A DNA stretch of 64,000 nucleotides from Spirochaetia bacterium (GCA_965140585.1 OZ223272.1:224001-288000); one strand, 5' to 3'; shown: positions 50,211-59,850, counted from the stretch's first letter. Notes: generated from the letters alone by a model not told the origin. Numbers and translations: made by a program.

Positions 50211-50890
50211 TTTTGTATCCAGTATGCCGTTAAAATATTCAGGAGAAATAGAAAAATATTTCCCCATTTGAAGGGAAGCAATCAGCGCATTAAAATCAGA
50301 TACCTGTAGTTTATTTTTTGTTCTAATTCGTCTGTACAGACTTTCCGGATAAAGATATTTATGATCATCAAGTAGAGCTATTGAATCCTCTGCAATATCA
50401 AACTCACAAACCCTGCTCTCACTGCTCCAGCTATGTTTTGATGACACCATAATTTTTGCCGGATAGGTCCTGTACTTCACAACCTTACAACCTGACCAGT
50501 TTTCAAAATCATTTGTTGCTGTTATACATAAATCTATTTCTCTGTTCAGAAGCATAGAGTGCAGCTTCGACATCTCACCTGAAGTGATATTGAAATCAAA
50601 ATTTTGATTGTAACATCTAAAGGCATTGATGACAGGGTTAACAAAACTGGAAGTTGGAAGCAGTGTAAAAAAACCGACTCTTATAACATCTGAATTGATA
50701 CAGAATCCGCTTCTAATTTCGGTAATCGCATTATCCCAAAGAAGCTTAACTGCATTAAACTTTTCATATGCTGACTCCCCTTCAGATGTAAGCCTGACAG
50801 ACTTTGTAGTACGTTCAAAAAGTCTGCTGCCTCATGAAAATTGAGTGTTTCTGCAAGTATCAGAAAATATTCGACACGCCTGAATTCCAT
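50210..50890 (-). pseudogene. LysR-family regulator remnant
   Basis: MEFRRVEYFLILAETLNFHEAA start with truncated HTH; substrate-binding fragments (L.NREIDLCIT) in other frames. Confidence 0.72.
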
Positions 50891-51033
50891 ACACAATCGA
50901 GTATATCATGATATTTTTTATATGCGAGAATTTCTTTGTGTTAACTTAAGGTTAACAATCAGTAACTTAATGTAAATTCACAAATCATTCATCCGGGAAT
51001 ACAATTTATTGAAAAATAACTAGGAGAAGAAGA

Positions 51034-52068
51034 ATGAATAAATTCGAAAAAATAGAAAACGCAATAAATTTAAAACCTTTAAAAAATATTTCCGATATTC
51101 CAGGCTACCCGATGATCATTACTTATGCAGCAGTACCCGCCGGAAAAACTCAGGCAGAGATTTTTAAAGATAACAGTTCATGGATGGATGCCCTGGTTAA
51201 GTGCTATGAGGAAATAGGATCAATACCTGATGTAGTATTCCCTATGAACCCTCTTGATACTTCTTTTATAGAACAGCTGAAAGTTCGAATCCCCGGAAAA
51301 GAACTTGAAGATGATGAACTGTTTCAGTTCCTTGAGGAAGAGCTTATGTGCATGGATGATTATAAAAAAATAATTAAAAAAGGAATGTCAGCATGGCAGC
51401 TTCCATTTGTTGCGTCCATCCAGAACCCGCCCTTCACCGGAATGATGAAAAACATGAAGGTTATTTCAAGATTTATTAAAATTGGTAAAAACCTCAAGGC
51501 AAACAGAATCTTCTGGGAAAAACAGGGGGGTTCCTGTAATGTTTCATAACGGTACGGCTCCTGCATTTGATACTTTTTCTATGAGCCGAAGTATGGAGAA
51601 ATTTTTCTACGATCTTTATGATGAACCGGAGCTTATAAAGAAAGCCTGCGCAGCTGCTACGCCTGAAATAATAAAAACAGCCCTTAAATGCGCAAAAAAA
51701 GGCGACAGGATCGCAGTATATGCAATGAGATCTTCTGCCACCTCCGTCTCTCCGCAGATGGGAACTGGCTTCCGATGCAGCCCTACTTTCAGCAGGTTAC
51801 CAAAGAAAGCTGTATTATTGAGCTGGACAGGAATACAGACATCAGTGAAGCAAAGAAAATTCTTAGCGGTTATCAGTGCATCCGCGGAGATTTACCAGGA
51901 TCTATTCTTGCCTTCGTGACTGAAAAAGAAACTGAGGATTACTGCAGCATGCTTATAGAATTAGCGATAGAAGTCGGGATGATTATAGGCTCTGGATGCG
52001 AAGTCCCTATAAACACCAGGATTGAAAATATTAGAGCCTTAGTTAACTGTAAAAAGGTTTCGGTTTAA
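51034..52068 (+). pseudogene. Uroporphyrinogen decarboxylase/MT2 corrinoid methyltransferase family remnant
   Basis: Three overlapping frames: E.ELM..DDY; PAFD..S..RS...F..DL...PE; DGNW...D....K.......GD.P...GC.VP...EN. One frameshift near 51520 and an apparent internal deletion near 51760. Confidence 0.8.
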
Positions 52069-53558
52069 TTCAAAGAAAGCTCCAAACAAACCTCAGTCCC
52101 CTCTCCTGGGGCTGTTTTGATAGAAAGAGTTCCGCCAAGTTTTTCTGTATGCCTTTTAATCAATGTAAGCCCGAGGCCGGCACCCTTTTCATTACCTGTA
52201 CCGCGTGTGGACTTATGAACAATCCTGCTTGATTTAAGCGGATCAAAATCCATACCTGTCCCGTGATCACGAAAGGTTAAAAAAACAGAACCTTCATGCT
52301 GACGTGCATCTACTTCAATACTTCCTCCCTGATAGGAGAACTTGACAGCATTGGAAAGAATATTCCTGGCTAATATCATAAATGATTCACGCTCTATCAG
52401 CAGCTCAATATCCGGCTCTGCAGTAATCTTCAAATCAAGTTTCTTTGCATTTATATACGGAGCGAGGAGCTCTCCGGACTCAGCAAGCATTTGTTTTAGA
52501 CTGCAGTTCTCCTTTTTGATTTCGGTACCGCCCATTTCAAGCCTGGACCACTCAAGCAGATTAGACACAAGGATGGCACCGGTGTCAACAGCCATCCTCA
52601 ACTCACCGACGTATTCCTTTCGTTCAGGTTCTGACATTTGCTCATAATCATCATCAAGCCCCTGAATTACTCCTGTAATACCTCCGAACATTCCTGACAG
52701 ATCATGTGAGATTACTGAAAATAATCCGGATTTCAGTTCATCAGCCCTTTCCAGTTCATTTTTTCGGGTATTCAATTCATTAAAAATAGTCAGATAAGGT
52801 TCAGATATGCTTTTCTGTATTACAGCCCGGTATAGAAAATAAAAAGAAATTATCTTTGCAAAATGTCCTAGCATATTTGAAAAGCCGTAGTTGCTTGCAT
52901 AGAAGGTGAAGGATAATTCTGAAACAACAGTGAATGCAATTGAGAGATTGAGCATCCTGTATATTCCCGCTATAAATTTTCTACGTTTTCTGAATGCCGT
53001 AAAAAGTGAAAAAAGCAGGAGAATAATTATCACATACTCGCTGTATAATTTAAATGAGGTCTGTCCATGTCCTTCTACAAAACATACAGGGAAAATACCG
53101 GAAAAAAATATCGAATGAATCAGTATAATGGTTATCACCAGATATATAAAAAAGACAACGGATGTTCTGATTTTATTTCTGCGCCCTACAAAACTGAGCG
53201 AAACAATAAAAGTTAATGCTTCCAGCATCCTTGCCGCTACCCAAAGCTGGTTTGCATAGTACTCATAATCGGGAAATATATTCATCCCCTTATATCCAAG
53301 AGTATGCAGAAGATCCAGAAAGGCTATAAACAAATAGGCTATACCAAGGATAACCATATATCTCGCACTTAGATAATTCCTGCTGTTCCAAACCAGAATA
53401 AATATAGAGAAGGCTATAACTATACCAAATATTTCAGTCAGGGCGTGAAACAGCAGATAATTTCTACTCTGTATGATAAATAAACTCATTATTGAGAAGA
53501 ACAGTATAATCAGGGATGAAATTTTTATCTTTCTATCTGACTCGGCAGGTGAATCCAT
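52065..53558 (-). CDS. Sensor histidine kinase with MASE3-type membrane domain
   Basis: FH...E.F...., D..HTL.Y.GM, WV.AR, FK..SE MASE3-like pattern; ISHDL H-box, N.LSNA.KF, D.G.G, G.GLGL. Confidence 0.88.
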   Translation of the reverse strand: MDSPAESDRKIKISSLIILFFSIMSLFIIQSRNYLLFHALTEIFGIVIAFSIFILVWNSRNYLSARYMVILGIAYLFIAFLDLLHTLGYKGMNIFPDYEYYANQLWVAARMLEALTFIVSLSFVGRRNKIRTSVVFFIYLVITIILIHSIFFSGIFPVCFVEGHGQTSFKLYSEYVIIILLLFSLFTAFRKRRKFIAGIYRMLNLSIAFTVVSELSFTFYASNYGFSNMLGHFAKIISFYFLYRAVIQKSISEPYLTIFNELNTRKNELERADELKSGLFSVISHDLSGMFGGITGVIQGLDDDYEQMSEPERKEYVGELRMAVDTGAILVSNLLEWSRLEMGGTEIKKENCSLKQMLAESGELLAPYINAKKLDLKITAEPDIELLIERESFMILARNILSNAVKFSYQGGSIEVDARQHEGSVFLTFRDHGTGMDFDPLKSSRIVHKSTRGTGNEKGAGLGLTLIKRHTEKLGGTLSIKTAPGEGTEVCLELSLN

Positions 53559-53645
53559 AAAAGGAATTTTAGTTTATTCCCGGGGTTGATTCAACTTCTT
53601 TCAGTGAATAAGATTAGAAATCATTATATTTTGGAGATTGTACTT

Positions 53646-53864
53646 ATGGATAACAAGGTCATTCTGATAAACGGCTACACTAACGAGGAGACTCTTAAAA
53701 TAATGCGGGCTATAAAGGCGGTTCTTGAAGATCCCACAGAGGTAGCCTTTGCCATGGGAACAGAAACCAACCGGACCTGGGTGGTGAATGACCTGCTTAA
53801 AGAAGTCTCAGAAGAACATGAATATATGAAAAACAACCCTCCGGGACAGCATCAGAAAGGCTGA
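53646..53864 (+). CDS. DUF3783-like small protein
   Basis: Start re-assigned to ATG 53646 (GGAG RBS); FA..T.TN..W....L..E...EH pattern. Confidence 0.78.
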   Translation: MDNKVILINGYTNEETLKIMRAIKAVLEDPTEVAFAMGTETNRTWVVNDLLKEVSEEHEYMKNNPPGQHQKG

Positions 53865-54027
53865 TTTACATTAAAAATATATGCGTTCCCACAGGGACGT
53901 ATAACATCAACACTAAAGAATAATATTTGCTATATACTATAAAAAATAAATATTCATATATATATCTTATGTTTACATATATTATCAGCTGTATTTTTGA
54001 TGATTTAATTAATTTTCAAGTTTTAGG

Positions 54028-54056
54028 TTGACAAATATTCTGAATACTGTTTAAAT
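54028..54056 (+). promoter_or_regulatory. Sigma70-type promoter of leader/attenuator
   Basis: TTGACA-N17-TTAAAT in an AT-rich region. Confidence 0.6.
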
Positions 54057-54087
54057 ATAAACATCTTAACACAAGGAGACAGATTTG

Positions 54088-54159
54088 ATGATTAGAGTAA
54101 TTACATGCGTCACAGCGCTTTCTTATTTTAATTTTGTTTCATCGGAGAATCTGTCGTAA
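54088..54159 (+). CDS. Putative 23-aa leader peptide MIRVITCVTALSYFNFVSSENLS
   Basis: Strong AAGGAG RBS at ~54073-54078; ORF end overlaps a predicted antiterminator. Confidence 0.6.
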   Translation: MIRVITCVTALSYFNFVSSENLS

Positions 54160-54183
54160 CCTTGATTTATATAGCAGTTGGTT

Positions 54184-54215
54184 GCCGTGATTCTCTGAAT
54201 CACGGCTTTTTTTTT
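54184..54215 (+). terminator. Attenuator terminator 1
   Basis: GCCGTGATTC-tct-GAATCACGGC, perfect 10 bp, plus T9. Confidence 0.88.
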
Positions 54216-54231
54216 GCTGTATTACAGCCGG

Positions 54232-54266
54232 AAGCCGTAGACTTTACCAGTTTGCGGCTTTTTTTT
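54232..54266 (+). terminator. Attenuator terminator 2
   Basis: AAGCCGTAGACT-ttacc-AGTTTGCGGCTT (12 bp with G-U pairs) plus T-run. Confidence 0.8.
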
Positions 54267-54310
54267 CATCCGGAACATATCCCCGGATGATGTCAAAAAG
54301 GAGAGATAAA

Positions 54311-54556
54311 ATGTGTGCAGACGGTTATGACTACAGAACGGCTGCAGGGCTTCACAAGGACCGGCTTCGTGAAGCAGAATCAATCAGACTGGCTAAGAGA
54401 GCCAAATTGGCCTCTAAGGCTGCAATTGCAGATTCCCCTGCGATAGCAGTCAGCCGGATGGCGGAACCAACAGTGTTAAAGACCGCCGCAGAGAGCATCA
54501 GAATTTCGCTTGGCAGAAAACTAATTTCGCTTGGTGAGAAACTGATTGAAGCCTGA
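54311..54556 (+). CDS. Small basic helical hypothetical protein (81 aa)
   Basis: AAGGAG RBS before ATG 54311; L.EAE..RL and LG.KLI.LGEKL amphipathic segments. Confidence 0.72.
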   Translation: MCADGYDYRTAAGLHKDRLREAESIRLAKRAKLASKAAIADSPAIAVSRMAEPTVLKTAAESIRISLGRKLISLGEKLIEA

Positions 54557-54637
54557 TTCGTCCACGACGAGGACTCATTAAAAGTGAGGGGGAATAATGA
54601 AATGAATAGAGGAATTTTTTAATTAAGACTTAAACTT

Positions 54638-54670
54638 GAGCTGACCGGAGAACTCTCGGTCAGCTCTTTA
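54638..54670 (+). terminator. Terminator after small protein gene
   Basis: GAGCTGACCG...CGGTCAGCTC followed by TTTATATTT. Confidence 0.72.
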
Positions 54671-54767
54671 TATTTAGAGATAATTTCAAAACTAATCGAG
54701 TTTAAACGAAATTCTATACCTTACAATTTTTGTTGACATATATATTGTTATATATTAGCATCCTGAG

Positions 54768-55937
54768 ATGAAGAAATCGACCAATGTAATCCGCATCTCA
54801 ATACTTGCAGCAGTACTATTGCTTACTACAATTCAGGGACGGCTTCATGCTATTCTGAAGCTGTTTCCTCCTGTTGATGCATTCTGCCCCTTCGGAGGAC
54901 TTGAAGCAGTTTACGGACTTATCAAATACGATGCCATGATTAGGAAAATTGCCTTAAGCAGTTTTATCCTGTTAGGAGCTGTTTTAATTACGGCGTTATT
55001 TTTCAGACGAAGTTTCTGCGGCAATATTTGTCCGCTCGGATTTCTTCAAGAAATATCTGCAAAGATAGGAAGAAAGTTCTTTGTAAAAAGAAAGCCGATT
55101 CCCTCTGTTATTGACCGTAAACTGAGATACCTAAAATACGTTATTCTTGCTGTTGTAATAGCAGGAACCTGGTACACGATGAATTTGATTTTCAGACCCT
55201 GGGACCCATGGGCTGCCTACCATCATATAGGCTCGGATGAACTGTTTGCTGAATATCTTTTCGGTGTGATTATACTGGCTCTTTCGGTAGTAGTATCATT
55301 TTTTGACGATCGTTTCTTCTGTAAATATTTGTGCCCCATGGGCGCATTCCTGGCTCCCGTATCCAGAATTGGTATCTTTAAAATCCGCAATGACAGAGAG
55401 AAATGCATTTCATGCGGATGCTGCGATCATATCTGTCAGATGAACATTCCAATCGCGGATAAAACCGTAATTACATCAGCGGAATGTATTTCCTGTATGG
55501 AATGTGTAGAAATATGTCCTGTAGATTCGCTCTCTGTTGAAGCCCCGTCTGCCGGTGAGAAAAAAAGAAACCTTAAACCGTCCCTGCTTATAATTCTCAC
55601 AGCTTCTGTATTTGTAATTGTTATTGCAGTAACTACATTAACTGGAAGCTATGTATGGAAGGCTCCGACCGGACTCCCTCACAAAACAGAAAGACTGCTG
55701 CTTGGACCTGCACAGATAAAAGACAACAATAATTTTATTGATATCATTCAGATATACCGGATAAGCCCCGACTATATAATTTCCGAATGGAACATAGGAG
55801 AAGAGGAATTATCAGAACCATTTGAGGATCTGGGAATTGATCCGAAATTTGTCAGAGATTTTGTTGAAAAAATATACAGTGAAGCGGGACTTGATCCTAA
55901 AAATCTACTCGGAGGCGGAGGCCGCGGACAGCATTAA
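54768..55937 (+). CDS. Membrane polyferredoxin (YccM/NosR-like 4Fe-4S binding protein)
   Basis: DAFCPFGG, FCG.ICP.G..QE, FCKYLCP.GA, two CxxCxxC..C ferredoxin motifs. Confidence 0.9.
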   Translation: MKKSTNVIRISILAAVLLLTTIQGRLHAILKLFPPVDAFCPFGGLEAVYGLIKYDAMIRKIALSSFILLGAVLITALFFRRSFCGNICPLGFLQEISAKIGRKFFVKRKPIPSVIDRKLRYLKYVILAVVIAGTWYTMNLIFRPWDPWAAYHHIGSDELFAEYLFGVIILALSVVVSFFDDRFFCKYLCPMGAFLAPVSRIGIFKIRNDREKCISCGCCDHICQMNIPIADKTVITSAECISCMECVEICPVDSLSVEAPSAGEKKRNLKPSLLIILTASVFVIVIAVTTLTGSYVWKAPTGLPHKTERLLLGPAQIKDNNNFIDIIQIYRISPDYIISEWNIGEEELSEPFEDLGIDPKFVRDFVEKIYSEAGLDPKNLLGGGGRGQH

Positions 55938-55956
55938 ATAATAAACCTGATTATTA

Positions 55957-55992
55957 AAAAGCCGCTGCAAACTATAGTTTTAAGCGGCTTTT
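55957..55992. terminator. Bidirectional terminator
   Basis: AAAAGCCGCT...AGCGGCTTTT between convergent genes. Confidence 0.72.
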
Positions 55993-55999
55993 ATTATTA

Positions 56000-56533
56000 T
56001 CAGAGTTCGGGAATTTCAGGTTTGAAGTTTCTCCAGTCAGGAACCTTGAACCCTGCAGGGAATTCCGATTCATTGAATGGCAGCCAGGTCTGGTTACGGC
56101 CTATAAAAAGAATCTTTCCCCGGACTATAAGGTTGCCGTCTTCCTTCCAGAGCTCACAGTCATATATACCCGGCTTTTTTTCTTCATCACCAGGATCCAT
56201 AATCTTTCCGCCGCCCCATTTTTTCTTTTTATCTTTCATCTCCCAGATGATAGTAAGACCGTTAAAAGCCGGCTCACCTTTAAGAAAAGGAGATTTCTTT
56301 TCCTGCCGGTAGAGATCATCCTCTATAACTCCGAAATCATCGAATGAACAGAGAACCCGTCCGTAAATCATTCCATTATACTTATAGATGGCAACAACAC
56401 CCTTTGGATTACCGGTTTCATCATCAATAGTCTTCCATAATCCCGTAATATCTTCCGCCTGGGCAAATACCATCGCTGGAAGAAGCAGTCCGGTCAGAAG
56501 TATCAGAAACAGAAATAGCGTTCTTGTTTTCAT
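56000..56533 (-). CDS. DUF2147 family exported protein
   Basis: Signal peptide; G.WKTIDD.TG, G.IMDP, L.VRG...IGR.QTW. Confidence 0.88.
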   Translation of the reverse strand: MKTRTLFLFLILLTGLLLPAMVFAQAEDITGLWKTIDDETGNPKGVVAIYKYNGMIYGRVLCSFDDFGVIEDDLYRQEKKSPFLKGEPAFNGLTIIWEMKDKKKKWGGGKIMDPGDEEKKPGIYDCELWKEDGNLIVRGKILFIGRNQTWLPFNESEFPAGFKVPDWRNFKPEIPEL

Positions 56534-56632
56534 AATGTTCTCCTTTTAGATTATCCTCAATTTTATGACAGCTTGTAGAATTTTACAATTAAATTATCCG
56601 GAGCGGGTAAAAAGCGAAAAATAATTATCAAA

Positions 56633-56752
56633 CAAAAATTTGGGCTGCCCTACAACGTAAGACAGCCCGGGTATTTTTTAAGGGGGTAGAAAACTACTTC
56701 CTTAAAGGAGACTGATCTTAACTCAAAGCTCGGTAAGCTTTGAGTTAAGATA
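56633..56752 (-). ncRNA. Candidate small RNA (~120 nt)
   Basis: 5' perfect 16-bp hairpin, central UCUCCUUU and ACCCCCUU segments, 3' terminator whose G-U pairs form only on the minus strand; CATAAT just upstream. Confidence 0.45.
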
Positions 56753-56802
56753 GAATTATGTTTAACAAATAAATTGTTAAACATAATTCATTTACATTCA
56801 AT

Positions 56803-56840
56803 GAAACGATTTCAAAAGTTTCTAACTTTTGAAATCGCTT
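56803..56840 (-). terminator. Hairpin after saccharopine dehydrogenase-like gene
   Basis: CGATTTCAAAAGTT...AACTTTTGAAATCG inverted repeat starting ~9 nt after the stop. Confidence 0.65.
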
Positions 56841-56848
56841 TATATTTT

Positions 56849-58069
56849 TTAGTACAGTCTGGTCTCAACAATCTCATCTACGAGGATGTCAAGTTTGGCT
56901 GCTTCGGAAAGGTAATATTCCCTTTCTTTTGTTTCAAGAACCTCAGGCGGGAAACATCCCTTTGTTGTAATTACATCGTTCACAAACATCTTTGTGAAAA
57001 GGAATGCTGCCTGACCTGTAAGGTAGGATTCATGTGTGATGCCTGCTTTTTCAAAAGCTTCTGTAAGGCCCGGAGCTAAGCAGTAGAGGTCGATTCGAAC
57101 CTTTCTTCCGTCTTTAACACCCTCAACCCTGACAAGAAAAACTCCGTCTTCTGAAACCATACCTTCATCAAGAACAGCCTTGATTTCATCGGCATACTTG
57201 GGAGCCGGAGGTGTTAGCTTTGAAACTATATCCATAGGTACGATTTCTGTACCCTTAACTTCAATTTTTTCATCTGAGAGCAGACCCATTTTGTAAAGTG
57301 ATTCTGCAAGCTCAAGTCCCGGACCTCCGTAACGGAAGTTAACTTCCTTAACGCCCTTGAGAACCTTGCCGGAGAGAAGTCCCATTGTTACAGGTTCTTC
57401 GTGCTCGTGGTCAACCATTCTCTTCTCGCCTACACCTTTGAACTCAGTCATCTGAGGATTGTTGAATGGAGGAACTTTTACAAACTCACCGTCTTTATAA
57501 AGAATCGGTTCTGCAGCCATATCGCCGAAAGCAGTCTGCGGAGACCACCAGAACGGAATAAATTTCTTTGACCATATTTCATCGTAAACAAAGATATCAA
57601 TTTTGTCACAGCTGTCGAGTTTTTCAACTCCGTGCCGTGTAAGCACATTCGCCATTCCGGGCGCCGAACCGGTATTAATGAGAGCAGTAAGCCCCTTTGC
57701 AGCAAACTCATCATTTCTGTTGAGACAGCGCTTTACAGCTGAAACGAAATCCAGATCGCTTACCGGACCTGAAGCGAGATCCTGGTAGCATGCACCGACT
57801 GCAAGTGCGGCATCCATCACATTCATGTTAAAGTTAGGATCGAGTCCGTTTACAATTAAATCACAACCCTCTGCTGCTTTTATAATTTCATCAGTATTCT
57901 TTGCATTAAGCTGCACAGCCTTTGCCTTTGTCAGCTGGGCGGCAATACTTTCGGCGGCTTTCTGGTCATAATCAGCACAGATTACCTCAGCTACATTTTT
58001 CTCTTCATCAAGTCTTCTTGCAATAGTACTTCCCTGTGCACCTACACCGACAACTATTACCTTTTTCAT
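56849..58069 (-). CDS. Saccharopine dehydrogenase/carboxy(nor)spermidine dehydrogenase-like oxidoreductase
   Basis: VGVGAQG, A.L.VGA.Y.DLA, G.APG..N, WSP, HEE, G...PE.L. Confidence 0.85.
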   Translation of the reverse strand: MKKVIVVGVGAQGSTIARRLDEEKNVAEVICADYDQKAAESIAAQLTKAKAVQLNAKNTDEIIKAAEGCDLIVNGLDPNFNMNVMDAALAVGACYQDLASGPVSDLDFVSAVKRCLNRNDEFAAKGLTALINTGSAPGMANVLTRHGVEKLDSCDKIDIFVYDEIWSKKFIPFWWSPQTAFGDMAAEPILYKDGEFVKVPPFNNPQMTEFKGVGEKRMVDHEHEEPVTMGLLSGKVLKGVKEVNFRYGGPGLELAESLYKMGLLSDEKIEVKGTEIVPMDIVSKLTPPAPKYADEIKAVLDEGMVSEDGVFLVRVEGVKDGRKVRIDLYCLAPGLTEAFEKAGITHESYLTGQAAFLFTKMFVNDVITTKGCFPPEVLETKEREYYLSEAAKLDILVDEIVETRLY

Positions 58070-58219
58070 GTTCTTTTACCTCAAAATAAACCTTTACGGC
58101 CGTTTGTTCAGACAGAAACCTGCCTATTTATTATAATTTAGCAGATCCGGTGCTATCACCGGATCCGCAATTAATACTGATGGAAATGTCTGATACTTCC
58201 ATATTGGACTTATCAGATT

Positions 58220-58342
58220 TTACTCTTTATCATGCAGCCTTTTCAGCTGAGCCTTTGCACCCTGAACATACCAGAATATAAGACATATAGGACCTATGAT
58301 AGAAACGGCTCCCATAATATAACAAGTTACATTCCAACCCAT
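58220..58342 (-). CDS. 40-aa single-TM accessory protein of the SSS transporter
   Basis: MGWNVTCYIMGAVSIIGPICLIFWYVQGAKAQLKRLHDKE; ATG overlaps the symporter TAA (TAATG) with GGAGG RBS upstream. Missing from the ORF track. Confidence 0.75.
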   Translation of the reverse strand: MGWNVTCYIMGAVSIIGPICLIFWYVQGAKAQLKRLHDKE

Positions 58343-59850
58343 TAAACTGCCTCCTCTACGGTCTTTTTGCCAAGAGCATTTGCAACCAGGTAAATGATTA
58401 TTACCGTAGGAACAATTATAAGAATACCCTGCTCCTGCCAGATCTCAAACTTACCGACTTTAACAAGATATACTTCCCAGTCATCACTCCATGTTCCGAA
58501 GAAGTTAGACCAGATGTACCAGACAACTGAAAGTATCAGACCTACAGCTGTTGACAAAGTACCGGCAATCTTTTTAACCGGTTTCTTACTGAATGCTCCA
58601 AAGTATACCGGAACCAGAGCAACTGAAAGAATAATGGTTGCCTGGAAGACCCATACTTCCATTATAGCATCAAAGGTGAATGAAAGACCTATGGACAGAG
58701 CCGCAGAAAGCAGCATTCCAAGCTTGGTCATCTTTTCAACCTTGTCAGAGTCAGCCTTCGGATTGATGGTATTCTTGTAAATATCATATCCGATAACACC
58801 GCCTGCAACCAAGAAGTATGAATCTGCAGTTGACATTGCCGCAGCAAAAACACCAGCAACAAAAACACCCAGAATACCGACGGGAAGATACTGTCCGCAA
58901 ACTGCAAACAGTGCCTGATTGGCTTCAACTTCGGGAATAATCCCAAGCCCTATTGCGGCTGCTCCAAGTATACCCAGGAATGTGACGCACCAGTCAAACG
59001 ACAGCCACATCGGAACCCCTGCAGCAAAAGCCTTTTTAATTTCCTTAGGTCCTGCTGACGCAAAAACCCTCTGGAAGAATGCAGGCTCTGCAAGCACTGC
59101 AAAAGCAGTGATTGAATACGAAACCAGAGTCCATGGACTCAGGTAGCCTGCCCCCGCACTGAAGAAATAGCTGGCATCTTCGGCGCTTCCGGTCCACTCG
59201 ATCAGACCGTTAAAGACATTTTCATACCCGCCTATTGCCTTCCAGCCGATTATAAGTGCGATACCGACTGTGATCATCATTGAGATGAACTGTATAAAGT
59301 CGGTCATTGTTACCGCCCACAGACCTCCGGTGATCGTATAGATCAGTACCAGGGCGGCACCTATAAGAATTCCTGCCCAGATAGGCATTCCGGTTATCAG
59401 ATTCAGGATAAATCCGATTCCCATCATTTCCATTGTGTTGGTCGAATACAGGAAAGCAGCAATGGAAGTGAAAATACCTGCTGGTTTTCCGTACTTCTTA
59501 AACGCAATATCCTGCATTGTCGTTCCGTCCGGAAACAGCTCCTTGAATTTCGGCGCCAGGAACGCCATTACTACATACAGTGCCGTATAAGGCAGCGAGT
59601 ATGCAAAGAAAGCGGATATTCCTTCATAGAACCCAACCTCTGATGTTCCAAAAAGGGTATCCAGCCCGTAGAATGTTGATACCAGGGTTCCTACAAGCAA
59701 TGGTGCTGTAAGAGTCCTGCCGGCCATGAAATAGTCATCGAATCCCTGCTTCTTTTTCGAGAAATAAAACCCGACAAAGAGCATGAACGCAATGTACAGT
59801 CCCAGAATCAACCAATCCAGGACATGCAGTTGTACTACTGAACCGTTCAA
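58342..59850 (-). CDS. Sodium:solute symporter family protein
   Basis: DYF.AGR.L, YT..GGL.AV..TD..Q, QR..A, AA.MSTADS. Confidence 0.94.
   Translation of the reverse strand: MNGSVVQLHVLDWLILGLYIAFMLFVGFYFSKKKQGFDDYFMAGRTLTAPLLVGTLVSTFYGLDTLFGTSEVGFYEGISAFFAYSLPYTALYVVMAFLAPKFKELFPDGTTMQDIAFKKYGKPAGIFTSIAAFLYSTNTMEMMGIGFILNLITGMPIWAGILIGAALVLIYTITGGLWAVTMTDFIQFISMMITVGIALIIGWKAIGGYENVFNGLIEWTGSAEDASYFFSAGAGYLSPWTLVSYSITAFAVLAEPAFFQRVFASAGPKEIKKAFAAGVPMWLSFDWCVTFLGILGAAAIGLGIIPEVEANQALFAVCGQYLPVGILGVFVAGVFAAAMSTADSYFLVAGGVIGYDIYKNTINPKADSDKVEKMTKLGMLLSAALSIGLSFTFDAIMEVWVFQATIILSVALVPVYFGAFSKKPVKKIAGTLSTAVGLILSVVWYIWSNFFGTWSDDWEVYLVKVGKFEIWQEQGILIIVPTVIIIYLVANALGKKTVEEAV

Noticed and set aside
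50052-50573. ORF overlapping the AraC-GH39 3' end by ~160 nt
   Set aside because: Read-through of a LysR remnant that lost its stop codon, not a real overlapping gene.
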